A DNA stretch of 64,000 bases from a bacterium (lineage in GTDB: Bacteria > JAHJDO01). Positions 30,235-39,288 of the stretch are shown piece after piece. The notes under the pieces are model-generated. The model searched no databases. It saw only the letters and a program-made list of their open reading frames with translations, and was not told the origin of the DNA. Positions within the stretch are counted from its first letter, which is position 1. Every line of letters begins with the position of its first letter. The position numbers were made by a program, and so were the translations under genes. The stretch spans positions 1-64,000 of the forward strand of contig JBDRTG010000047.1 of NCBI GenBank assembly GCA_043824255.1, written 5' to 3'.

Positions 30235-32469
30235 CTATTGTTCTTCCTCCTCATCTTTCTTATCATCTCCATTGTCATCAGAAATCAAAATTTTGTGGTC
30301 TTTTAAAAATTTAATAAGAAGCTCCTTTGTACCCTCATCGAAACTTCCCAAAAATTCTTTAATCTCATCTGCATCCATCTTGCTCAGCATCTCTTTTAAT
30401 GCATCAACATCGGACAATTCTCCAGTTTGGTGATTATAGACTATCTCGCGCTCCAGTTGACCTGAACTATTATATGTAAAAATATGTGTACGAGTAGTTG
30501 TTTTATCATGCATTATATTATTTACCTCGTGTGTATCTCCGTCTTGATCCGTATAAGAATAACCTATCATTCTTCCGAAGTCATCATACTCGATATCTTC
30601 TATAGACTCTCCATCAAGATTAATGCCGTATGAGTGTGTTGTAACTTTTGTTTCTGTAACCCTACCTAGCTCATCATATTTATGCCTTTCTGTAGTTGTA
30701 GTTATTAGACCGGGAGTTTCGCTACTATATGTGATTTCTGTATTTTTTTCTACCCTTCCCATCTCATCATACTCCGTATTCATTCTTACAGTTGTAATTG
30801 TTTTATGCCGAAAGAATAGAGAGAGAATTTCACTACTGTGTGTATCTTCCGATATCGCCTGTGCCAACTTATTGTAGTCTATATTCCTCATAAGTTCTTT
30901 AAGCTCATCTGTATCCACGTCCATAGTTTTCAAAAGTTCTTTAAATTTATCTGTATTCCCACCCAAGCTTTCGAAAAATTCTTTAAACTCATCTGTATCG
31001 ACCTCCAAACTTTCTGAAAGTTTTTTAAGCTTATCTGCATCAAAAACAATGCCGTATGAGTGTGTTGTAACTTTTGTTTCTGCAGCCCTACCTAATTCAT
31101 CATATTTATATTCATGCGTTTTTGTAGTTATTTTATCAGGAGCTTCATTATTGTACGTAGTTTCTGTGTAAGATTTAAGTCTTCCGTACTTATCATACTC
31201 TATATTGTTTACATCGTGTTTCTTCCCAACTTTATCCATGTAAGAAAAACCTTTTATCCTTCCCGATTCGTCAAGAAATTTCTCAATCGTTTCACTATCC
31301 ATAACGATCTGAGCTAATAAACGCTCAAGGATGGATTCTTCTACCACTCGAGTAGGTAAAGGTTCTTCTTGGATAACAATACTTACCGTCTCCCCACTGG
31401 GAAGAACGCTAGAGACGAGGTGAGTAGCATCCACCTTTTTTTCTACTTCCCTCTTCTCCGCATCCGTACAGTCAGGCGGAATACAATATCGCTTCAATGT
31501 CACGGGCGAAGGTGAGGGCTGAGGATTAGATTCTCCTCTTAACTCAGTAGGTAAAGGCTTCACAAAAATAATGATACTTATCGCTTCACCATTAGGCAGG
31601 GCAACTGATCCAAGGTATGTAGCACTTATCTCTTCTTCTCCTTCAACTACGTGCCTCATCACCCTTCCCTGAGTGTTCATTGCGCCTTCAGTAGTGGATA
31701 TCAAAGTTTCTACTACCTGAGCAAACTCCTCCATCATCTGAACTAGCAATTTCTGTGATGTAGCGATTAAGTCACTTTGGGCGTGAAAAGAAGACATTTT
31801 TTCTTCAAATATTATTGACGATTCTAGCTTTTTCTCAATTCGTTTAGGTAAAGGTTCACTCCAAATAATAATACTTACTGTCTCCCCACTAGGAAGAACG
31901 GCGGAATCCAGATAAGTAGCTCTCATATTTTTTTCTTTGGGTTTCATGTGAATGATAATACTTACTGGCTCAGTTTGAGAACTTGATCGCTTAGCTAACT
32001 TGGTAGGCAGTGGGTTACTCCAAATGATAATACTCACTTCTTCCTCTCTTGAAATATCAAAGGATCCCAGCCGAGTGCCGGTTACTTTTCTTGACCATGG
32101 AGAAAGAAAAGTACGTTTAGTAGCCATCTGTACCTTTTCGGAAGATCTTCTAAATTTAATCTCTTCTGGTCTAAGCCGACTTTTATGTTCAACTCTCGTT
32201 TTCTCTACGGATTTTTCTCTTCTTTCAGTATCCTCTCTCTTTCTTCGTTCCCTTTGTTCCATCCTTTCTTTTCTTTCTGTTCTCTCGATTCTCTCTGTTC
32301 TTTCTGTCCTGCTTTTTCTCTCAGTTCTTCTCTCGGTTCTCTCTTCTGTTCTTTGCGTTTCGCTTCGGCCACTGCTTTGTGAGCGATCTCGCGCCATTAC
32401 AGGAATAGCAAAAGAGCTAATAAACATCAGAGTAATTGCTATGATCAGAAGTTTCTGCCGAGTAAACAT
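30235..32469 (-). CDS. Secreted mosaic repeat protein (R/E-rich segment, ~30-aa VSIII repeats, YD-like repeats)
   Basis: Signal peptide ending PVMA; internal repeats visible at both protein and DNA level; function unknown. Confidence 0.8.
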   Translation of the reverse strand: MFTRQKLLIIAITLMFISSFAIPVMARDRSQSSGRSETQRTEERTERRTERKSRTERTERIERTERKERMEQRERRKREDTERREKSVEKTRVEHKSRLRPEEIKFRRSSEKVQMATKRTFLSPWSRKVTGTRLGSFDISREEEVSIIIWSNPLPTKLAKRSSSQTEPVSIIIHMKPKEKNMRATYLDSAVLPSGETVSIIIWSEPLPKRIEKKLESSIIFEEKMSSFHAQSDLIATSQKLLVQMMEEFAQVVETLISTTEGAMNTQGRVMRHVVEGEEEISATYLGSVALPNGEAISIIIFVKPLPTELRGESNPQPSPSPVTLKRYCIPPDCTDAEKREVEKKVDATHLVSSVLPSGETVSIVIQEEPLPTRVVEESILERLLAQIVMDSETIEKFLDESGRIKGFSYMDKVGKKHDVNNIEYDKYGRLKSYTETTYNNEAPDKITTKTHEYKYDELGRAAETKVTTHSYGIVFDADKLKKLSESLEVDTDEFKEFFESLGGNTDKFKELLKTMDVDTDELKELMRNIDYNKLAQAISEDTHSSEILSLFFRHKTITTVRMNTEYDEMGRVEKNTEITYSSETPGLITTTTERHKYDELGRVTETKVTTHSYGINLDGESIEDIEYDDFGRMIGYSYTDQDGDTHEVNNIMHDKTTTRTHIFTYNSSGQLEREIVYNHQTGELSDVDALKEMLSKMDADEIKEFLGSFDEGTKELLIKFLKDHKILISDDNGDDKKDEEEEQ
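30622..31082. repeat. 35-bp identical direct repeat inside the 744-aa gene
   Basis: AATGCCGTATGAGTGTGTTGTAACTTTTGTTTCTG at 30622-30656 and 31048-31082 (426 bp apart, in frame; encodes ETKVTTHSYGI). Confidence 0.9.
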
Positions 32470-32516
32470 GTTAAGCCATCCATAGTATTATTTTTAACTT
32501 CACCGAAATCACATTT

Positions 32517-32545
32517 ATCCTATCAACTCCTAAGTTTTCCGTCAA
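32517..32545 (-). promoter_or_regulatory. Putative sigma70 promoter of the repeat-protein gene
   Basis: TTGACG, 17 nt, TAGGAT with an extended TG, ending ~47 nt upstream of the ATG. Confidence 0.55.
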
Positions 32546-32567
32546 ACAAATTAACGTCTTCGTGTAT

Positions 32568-33524
32568 TCAAAAGACATAATGGATGCCAAAAGACGTAGT
32601 CGTGTCACTGTAATCTTCAGACGACTCATTAGAATTGTTCTCAGAATAGCTACAGTTTAGTGAAAGAGAAGTTGTTTTACTTATATCATAATGCAAAGAA
32701 GCTGATATATCATAACTATTGTCCTTCTGAGTACTGTCGCTATCCACAAGGAGTCTTTCATCATATTCTTTTATTTGGTATCCCCCACTTATCGTACCGA
32801 GAAACTTATCTGATATGACCGACGCGCTAATTGTTAAACTCACCCTGTATGAAGAATAATCGTAGTAGTCCATATACTCGTCATTGGAGTCATTTCTATA
32901 ATATTTGTTTTTAAGCTTTATTGAAGTATCATTAACCCAAATTCCTAATTCATGAGTTAGACAGTTGCGCAAGTCCTTTCGATTAAAATCCATGTTTGCT
33001 TCGGACTTATCCCGAGTTTTTTGTTCATAAAAATCTTTAGATATAAAGTCATAGGATAGTTTTTGATAAATCCATTCCTTGATATCATGCCTAAAGCTGA
33101 GCTTGGAATCATTACCAAAGTAATCTGAATCATCATCAGGGTAATATAGAGATTCAAAATTATGGCTTATAGTTGCAGTGAATATATCTGTCAATTTTCT
33201 GGTGAGTTCTAGTTCTATGTTATTATCATAAAAAGAAGCTTCGTTGATTTTGTAATAGCTCTTGCTATTGAGATAGTAGTCAATTTTTGCTTTATATAAT
33301 TCGCTAAAAGGGCATTCATATCCAAGTTCCATGTCAAATTGAGAAAAGAAATCTTCCTTTCTTTCTGATTCTGATGAATCCAAGTTTACATTATTGTCAT
33401 ATCCATTATTGAAATCAACATAAAACAGTGTCTTTCCCGCTTCTCCTTTTTGTCCAGCCCCGAATAAAACCAAAGGGAATAATAAAATAAAAAGCATAAA
33501 GATTGCCTTCAAAAAAAAATTCAT
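32568..33524 (-). CDS. Outer-membrane beta-barrel protein
   Basis: Signal peptide from MNFFLK (33524), GYDNNV near the N-terminus, Tyr/Asp/Ser-rich alternating strands and a C-terminal GIHYVF (terminal Phe). Confidence 0.8.
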   Translation of the reverse strand: MNFFLKAIFMLFILLFPLVLFGAGQKGEAGKTLFYVDFNNGYDNNVNLDSSESERKEDFFSQFDMELGYECPFSELYKAKIDYYLNSKSYYKINEASFYDNNIELELTRKLTDIFTATISHNFESLYYPDDDSDYFGNDSKLSFRHDIKEWIYQKLSYDFISKDFYEQKTRDKSEANMDFNRKDLRNCLTHELGIWVNDTSIKLKNKYYRNDSNDEYMDYYDYSSYRVSLTISASVISDKFLGTISGGYQIKEYDERLLVDSDSTQKDNSYDISASLHYDISKTTSLSLNCSYSENNSNESSEDYSDTTTSFGIHYVF

Positions 33525-33556
33525 GTCTTTAAATCCTTTCTTAAAATTATGTGCAT

Positions 33557-34330
33557 TTACCAGCTTCCGCTTGCACCTCCGCCGCCGGACATGCCACCTC
33601 CAAACCCGCCAAAACCTCCACCAAAACCGCCTGAACCACTTCCTCCCCAATAGCCGCCTCTGCCAGCCATTGATCCAAAAAGCAATACTCCAAGAAGACC
33701 TGTCCTTGAACCTAAGATAAGCATTAAGAATAACAATGTGAAGATTATGCTTGCTATGGAGCTGGCAGCTGAACGCTTTCGCACTACATATGCAGTTCTT
33801 GGCAAGGAATTCAGCCCTGATAGCTTAACATTATATTCCTTAGCAACAAGATTTGATATTGTAGCAACAGCGCTTACAAGGCCCTTTCCAAACTGACCTA
33901 CTTTAAAGTTTGGCGACATCTGTTTGCGAATAATCTCTCCGCAGAGTCCATCAGGCAAAACTCCCTCTAACCCATAACCAACCTCTATGCCGACCTTTCT
34001 TTCCTTCATTGCAAGAACAATTAATACCCCGTTATCTTTCCCCTTTTTACCTATCTTCCACTTCTCAAAAAGCTCGTTCTTATAAATATTGATCTCAGAG
34101 CCTTCAATATTCGGGACCGTTACAATCGCTATTTCTGCAGATGTTTTCTTCTCAAGTTCAGTAATTAAATTAGTTATTATGCCCTTCTCACTACTGTTCA
34201 GAACCCTGGCGAAGTCATTTACATAGCCGGTGTAATTTGGATATCTATCTGCTCCAAAAATACTTACATGGGATAGAACAAAAACACAAAACAGTGTGAG
34301 TAAAAGTAATTTTGATTTACCAGAGTTCAT
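33557..34330 (-). CDS. TPM-domain (YgcG-like) protein
   Basis: Motifs YVNDFA.VL, W.IGKKGKDNGVL and IEVGYGLEG.LPD, ending in a Gly-rich tail GGGGASGSW. Confidence 0.93.
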   Translation of the reverse strand: MNSGKSKLLLLTLFCVFVLSHVSIFGADRYPNYTGYVNDFARVLNSSEKGIITNLITELEKKTSAEIAIVTVPNIEGSEINIYKNELFEKWKIGKKGKDNGVLIVLAMKERKVGIEVGYGLEGVLPDGLCGEIIRKQMSPNFKVGQFGKGLVSAVATISNLVAKEYNVKLSGLNSLPRTAYVVRKRSAASSIASIIFTLLFLMLILGSRTGLLGVLLFGSMAGRGGYWGGSGSGGFGGGFGGFGGGMSGGGGASGSW

Positions 34331-35079
34331 TTTAGTTCATCCACTATTAATGCAAGCTTTCTTATTTCTTCTAGATACGTTTCAAATGCTTGCTCAGCAG
34401 GTTGATCACCAATTTTTTCATCACCTTTTTTATCTCTTAAGATATTAAAAAATATCTGGTCATTTATATTGAACTTGTTTTTCATAAGCTCAATTACATC
34501 TTCTTTTGTAGTTGGGGGAGTTTCTCCTTTAAGACGGAGTATGTTCCTGAAGATTGGAAATAATGATGTCAGAGAATCTATCATAAGTGATTCTATTCCT
34601 TTCCGCTTCAGGCCAATCTCAAGATATGCCTGCCTTAAGCGTATCAATTTACCCTTTATCTGGGATTCACACTGTAACCTGATATTTTCCTGATTTATTT
34701 TAATATCCTCCAGAATGTCCTCTCCATAAACAAGAAGATGGTTCTCCTTCATTTCAAGAAATTCTATTGGGAAAACATCTGTTGAAGTTTCAATATGACG
34801 CATAGTTAAGAAAAGCGGAGCAGTTATTCTTTTTTTTCTGCCTTTTGCAACAAGTTTTAAACTTTTTTTAAGCTCATTCAATCCGAGATTATTGAAAACG
34901 ATCATTATATTTATATTTGACTTTTTTGGCACAAACTCTTTGCCTGTTGCGCTCCCATAGAGAATTATTGCTTTTATATTATCCGCGTGTATCTCAACCA
35001 GTTTTTCACAAAAAGGCACAATACTGCTTTTAACTTCTTCACAAACGCCATTTAAAACATCAATGTTTAGATTTTTCAT
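34327..35079 (-). CDS. Nucleotidyltransferase-like protein commonly linked to lemA/TPM genes
   Basis: Motifs ILYGSA..EF..KS.INI, DVFPIEFL and LRQAYL; adjacent to the TPM gene. Confidence 0.75.
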   Translation of the reverse strand: MKNLNIDVLNGVCEEVKSSIVPFCEKLVEIHADNIKAIILYGSATGKEFVPKKSNINIMIVFNNLGLNELKKSLKLVAKGRKKRITAPLFLTMRHIETSTDVFPIEFLEMKENHLLVYGEDILEDIKINQENIRLQCESQIKGKLIRLRQAYLEIGLKRKGIESLMIDSLTSLFPIFRNILRLKGETPPTTKEDVIELMKNKFNINDQIFFNILRDKKGDEKIGDQPAEQAFETYLEEIRKLALIVDELK

Positions 35080-35172
35080 ATTATCGTCTCCCTTTACTTA
35101 TTTGAGTATTTTTGATTATAGCAGAGGTTTATTTATGTTACAACCAGTCAAATAATAAGGTGGTCTTTTGTG

Positions 35173-35817
35173 TTATGCAGAATTTGTTCTTGATGGACAC
35201 AGGTCATTAAGAATGCACTTGGAACAGATGGGTTTTCTTGCCTGACATATTTTTCTCCCATGAGATATGAGTAAAAATGAGAACTCGCCCCATTTATCTT
35301 TTGGAACAATATTCATAAGATCTTTTTCTATCTTTTCGGGATTATCATTCTTTGTTAAGCCCAGTCTCTGCGATAACCTTTTCACATGAGTATCAACCAC
35401 AATGCCTTCAATTACTCTATATGCGCTTGTAAGCACTACATTTGCCGTTTTTCTTGCAACTCCGGGAAGAAGCAGTATCTCTTTCATTGTTCTTGGAACT
35501 TGCCCGTCAAATTTTCCTATAAGCATCTTACAGGCATTCTTTATATTTTTTGCCTTATTCCTGAAGAAGCCTGTTTGTCTTATATCTTTTTCTAATTCAG
35601 AAAGTTCTGCATTGGCATAATCCCCTACAGACTTGTACTTTCTAAATAATTCTTTTGTTACTTTATTTACCCTTTCATCCGTACATTGGGCAGAGAGTAT
35701 TGTTGATATGAGAAGTTGGTGCGGACTTTTATAGTGTAGAGTAGTCTTTGTGCTAGGATATTCTTTTATCAGTCTGGAAATTATAAAAGGGAGAGATTTT
35801 CTTTCGTCTGTTTCCAA
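35173..35817 (-). CDS. nth: Endonuclease III
   Basis: Motifs LSAQCTDERVN, LPGVARKTANVV (HhH), VDTHV and the C-x6-C-x2-C-x5-C cluster. Confidence 0.97.
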   Translation of the reverse strand: METDERKSLPFIISRLIKEYPSTKTTLHYKSPHQLLISTILSAQCTDERVNKVTKELFRKYKSVGDYANAELSELEKDIRQTGFFRNKAKNIKNACKMLIGKFDGQVPRTMKEILLLPGVARKTANVVLTSAYRVIEGIVVDTHVKRLSQRLGLTKNDNPEKIEKDLMNIVPKDKWGEFSFLLISHGRKICQARKPICSKCILNDLCPSRTNSA

Positions 35818-36332
35818 TAATTTTTAAACTCCTCGTATTTTTGAGTTGTCTTTTTTTTGAGAGATTGCGGCAGTAGAGACTTCATAGCTAAAAATGCTGT
35901 TTTTGCCTTCGGAAGTATACGGGATTCTCCTGTAAATTTACTATCCTTAGGCAACAGAACCACTAAGAAAACAAGCAGTACACCTACAATACATGCGCCT
36001 TTAATAAAACCAAATAATACTCCTCCTACATGGTCAATCCCCCTTAAAGGAGATTTTTTTATAAACTTATTACAGAAATGTCCTAATATTAGAATAACTC
36101 CAGCGCTAATAACAAAAAGTACTATAAAGCATAACCCTTTTATAAATACTGAATCACCCATCTTTTCTCTAAACATTTCAACTAAAAATACATAGAAATG
36201 GCTGGCAACAATATACCCAAGAATAATAGCAGCCAGGTTTATAATGGTTTTGAAAAAACCTTTAATTCCACTCCATACAGTTACTATTCCTAGAATCAAA
36301 ATTATGATAAGATCCAGAGCATTAAGTGTCAT
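35781..36332 (-). CDS. cvpA: CvpA (colicin V production) family membrane protein
   Basis: N.LD.II...G..KGF motif and ID..GG.LFG.IKG; four TM segments. Confidence 0.85.
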   Translation of the reverse strand: MTLNALDLIIILILGIVTVWSGIKGFFKTIINLAAIILGYIVASHFYVFLVEMFREKMGDSVFIKGLCFIVLFVISAGVILILGHFCNKFIKKSPLRGIDHVGGVLFGFIKGACIVGVLLVFLVVLLPKDSKFTGESRILPKAKTAFLAMKSLLPQSLKKKTTQKYEEFKNYWKQTKENLSLL

Positions 36333-36928
36333 TATAATTCCCCCCTTTTTTCCATGGCTTTAGCTAATGTTGCCTGATCTGTATACTCAATATTTCCACC
36401 AACAGGGATACCTCTAGCAATTCTGGTTACTTTGATCCCTAATGGCTTTATTATCTTACCAAGATACATTGCTGTAGCCTCACCTTCTGTATTAGGATTT
36501 GTTGCTAATATAACTTCTTTGACATCTACAGATATTCTTCCAAGAAGTTCTTTTATTCTTAAGTCATCAGGGCCTATTCCGTCAAGCGGAGATATAGCGC
36601 CCATTAATACGTGATATGTCCCTTTATATATTCCTATTTTTTCTATTGCAATTATATCATTTGGTTCTTCAACAACACATATTATGCTCTTATCTCTGCC
36701 TGGATTTATGCAAATTGGACAGTATTCTCCTTCTGAAAAATTATTACATATAGAACAATACCTTGTTTTCTCCTTTATATCTACAATAGCTTGCGTAAGT
36801 TCCCTAGCTTCCTCTATAGGTATTTTCATCAGATGAAATGCCATCTTTTGAGCACTTCTTGGGCCAATGCCAGGTAACTTGCCTAATTCTTTAACTAGTT
36901 TGTCAAGAGATTCTGTGTAATACACCAC
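36332..36928 (-). CDS. recR: Recombination mediator RecR
   Basis: LPGIGPRSA, C4 zinc finger and Toprim motifs VVEE and EGEATA.Y. Confidence 0.97.
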   Translation of the reverse strand: MVYYTESLDKLVKELGKLPGIGPRSAQKMAFHLMKIPIEEARELTQAIVDIKEKTRYCSICNNFSEGEYCPICINPGRDKSIICVVEEPNDIIAIEKIGIYKGTYHVLMGAISPLDGIGPDDLRIKELLGRISVDVKEVILATNPNTEGEATAMYLGKIIKPLGIKVTRIARGIPVGGNIEYTDQATLAKAMEKRGEL

Positions 36929-36936
36929 TATCCCCC

Positions 36937-37251
36937 CTATATAGTAAGGCCCGGTATATTCAGACCGCCTGTTAATTTACTCATTTCCCCTGTAACCATC
37001 TCTTTGGATTTACGCAATCCTTCATTAATAGCTGCAATAATAAGATTTTCAAGCATCTCTATATCGTCTGGATCTACTACTTCCTTCTCAATTTTAACAC
37101 TGGTTATTTCCTGATTCCCATTAGCTATTACTGTGACCATCCCACCGCCAGCAGTTGCCTCTACTGTCTTATTTGCCATTTCCGCCTGTATTTTAGCCAT
37201 ATCTTTCTGCATTCTCTGTGCTTGTTTAAGAAATTTACCTATCCCTGCCAT
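36937..37251 (-). CDS. ybaB: YbaB/EbfC nucleoid-associated protein
   Basis: Motifs KQAQ.MQ, AGGGMV.V..NG and D.EMLE.LI.AA.N; dnaX-ybaB-recR synteny. Confidence 0.95.
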   Translation of the reverse strand: MAGIGKFLKQAQRMQKDMAKIQAEMANKTVEATAGGGMVTVIANGNQEITSVKIEKEVVDPDDIEMLENLIIAAINEGLRKSKEMVTGEMSKLTGGLNIPGLTI

Positions 37252-37254
37252 TTT

Positions 37255-38910
37255 CTACCTCCATCTTTTTTTAGTAATTTTAACAACTTTAGCCCCAAAC
37301 TTTTCCATTACAGTTTTGACTGCAGGATTGTCTAGCAATTTTTCATTCTGTTCTTCAACTTGCTGTTTTTCGAAGCCTTCGTTGTTTTTAAACGTATGGT
37401 TGTCTTTTTCCACAGGTACGCATCTTACTGTTATATTATGCCCTAACACCTCTAATAATATCTCTTCAATAAATTTTCTCTCAGCTTCAACCTTTTCCAA
37501 AAACAATCTGGCGTTTGGTCCAAATCCAATTTCTAATGTACTCATTTCCAGGTTTACAGGAGCTCCTTCTGATAAAAAGACTCCCAATATCATTTTTTGT
37601 TTTTTTAATGTTGAGATTACTTCTGGCCACTTTTGCTTCACAATATCTACGGTTAAATCCTGTTGAACTGGTTTTGCTTGAACTGTTTTCTCCTGTTGAA
37701 TGGAACCGGAAACTGGCTCTGCTTTTACATCTGGCTCTGCAACAAAGTAATCAGTTCCATTTTCTAATTTTTTTTCTAATTCTCCTAACTTTTCTACAAT
37801 TTCCCCCAGCATAACAGGAGACACAGTATTTACTATCTTAATCATCGCAATTTCAAGAAAAGCTCTAGGGGTTCTTGTTGTTCTTATGTTTTTCTCAAGA
37901 GAAGAAATCATCTCAAGTATCTGCCATAACCGGTCTTTTCGAAACTGTTTTGCATGGAGAACTAATGTCTCTTTTGTATCTTGAGATACATCTACTAGGT
38001 TTTCCCCATGCTCTCCAAGACTAATGAAAAACAGGTTCCGAAAATAGTTAATGAGCCCATTTGCCACCTGTCCTATGTCTCTTCCTTCGTTTACTAATTT
38101 ATCAACCAGTATTAATAGTTTAACAATATCTTTGTGTAATATATTCTCAGCAAACTGAAAATATATATCCTGGCTGACTAAGCCCAAAAGACTGTTTACA
38201 GTATGTACAGTAATTTCCTTACCTGGAGAGAAGGAAATCAATTGATCCAGTACACTCTGAGCATCCCGTATACTGCCATCTGCGTTTTTTGCTATTAAAA
38301 ACAGGGCTTCATCGGTTACTTTGATTTTCTCAGCTTTAACCATATGTTCTAAATGTTTTACTAAGTCTTGTGTTTGTATTCTTTTAAATGAGAAGTGCTG
38401 ACAGCGAGACAGAATAGTTAAAGGTATCTTATGAGGCTCTGTTGTTGCAAATATAAACTTAACATGTTCTGATGGCTCTTCCAATGTCTTGAGTAATGCA
38501 TTAAATGCTTCTGTTGTGAGCATATGAACTTCATCTATTATATAAACCTTATACTTCCCCTGAGAGGGTGTATATCTGACATTATCACGTAAATTTCTAA
38601 TCTCATCAATCCCTCTATTAGATGCGCCATCTATTTCAAGAACATCAATATTATTTCCTTCCGCAATTTCGAGACATATGCTGCATTTATTACAAGGCAC
38701 TGCGTCTTTTACTTGCGGACAATTAAGTACTTTAGCAAGTATTCTTGCTGTAGAGGTTTTGCCAATACCTCTTGGCCCACTGAAGATATAAGCATGTGCC
38801 AGATGCCCTGATGTTACGGCATTTGCTAGCGTTTTAGTTACATGTTCCTGCCCAATAAGTTCAGAGAACTTTTTAGGTCTCCACTTTCTTGCAAGTACCA
38901 AATATGACAC
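37255..38910 (-). CDS. dnaX: DNA polymerase III subunit gamma/tau
   Basis: Motifs YLVLARKWRP, GPRGIGKT, IIDEVHML and SRC; GTG start after GGAGG. Confidence 0.97.
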   Translation of the reverse strand: MSYLVLARKWRPKKFSELIGQEHVTKTLANAVTSGHLAHAYIFSGPRGIGKTSTARILAKVLNCPQVKDAVPCNKCSICLEIAEGNNIDVLEIDGASNRGIDEIRNLRDNVRYTPSQGKYKVYIIDEVHMLTTEAFNALLKTLEEPSEHVKFIFATTEPHKIPLTILSRCQHFSFKRIQTQDLVKHLEHMVKAEKIKVTDEALFLIAKNADGSIRDAQSVLDQLISFSPGKEITVHTVNSLLGLVSQDIYFQFAENILHKDIVKLLILVDKLVNEGRDIGQVANGLINYFRNLFFISLGEHGENLVDVSQDTKETLVLHAKQFRKDRLWQILEMISSLEKNIRTTRTPRAFLEIAMIKIVNTVSPVMLGEIVEKLGELEKKLENGTDYFVAEPDVKAEPVSGSIQQEKTVQAKPVQQDLTVDIVKQKWPEVISTLKKQKMILGVFLSEGAPVNLEMSTLEIGFGPNARLFLEKVEAERKFIEEILLEVLGHNITVRCVPVEKDNHTFKNNEGFEKQQVEEQNEKLLDNPAVKTVMEKFGAKVVKITKKRWR

Positions 38911-38937
38911 GAAAAAACCTCCTTACTACAGATAACC

Positions 38938-39234
38938 TCTGCCGCACACCATCCTTTGATCCTGCCTTTTAGTTAGTTATTCAACAGCCAGCTCCAGCTA
39001 GATATCCCCATAACACCCAAAAATATTTACTTACCGCTGCTCCCTTCCAGGCCTAACGGGGTTTGCAAACTTTTGCCGCATGGGATCCAGCCTTCATCGC
39101 TACTTATCCAACACCCTTCCAAAAGACACATTGACCTCAAGAAGGAATTCAATCCTGCTGTAGCGGATTGCAGGTCATCCCGAGTTATACCTCAGAAATC
39201 AGGGCACCGCTATCTCCCCATCTAGTGCGACAGA
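38938..39234 (-). ncRNA. ffs: Large bacterial SRP RNA (Alu plus S domain)
   Basis: 5' UCUGUCGCAC pairs with 3' GUGCGGCAGA. The Alu domain reads GGGGAGAUAGCGGUGCCCUG...ACCUGCAAUCCGCUACAGCAGG and helix 8 reads CCGUUAGGCCUGGAAGGGAGCAGCGG. Position upstream of dnaX is the usual one. Confidence 0.93.
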
Positions 39235-39288
39235 ACTAAAACATTCTATAATTTAAGTTATTTTAGCGTATTTGATATGGAGTAGCAA

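Noticed and set aside
30622..31082. 35-bp repeat pair as a DGR template/variable repeat or CRISPR repeat
   Set aside because: There are only two in-frame copies within one CDS, no adenine-specific mismatch pattern, and no RT or cas genes.
33525..33650. Arg/Trp-rich N-terminal extension of the barrel ORF (MGRKWFRRFWW...)
   Set aside because: It is an alternative-frame reading of the Gly-rich TPM tail; the signal peptide starts at 33524.
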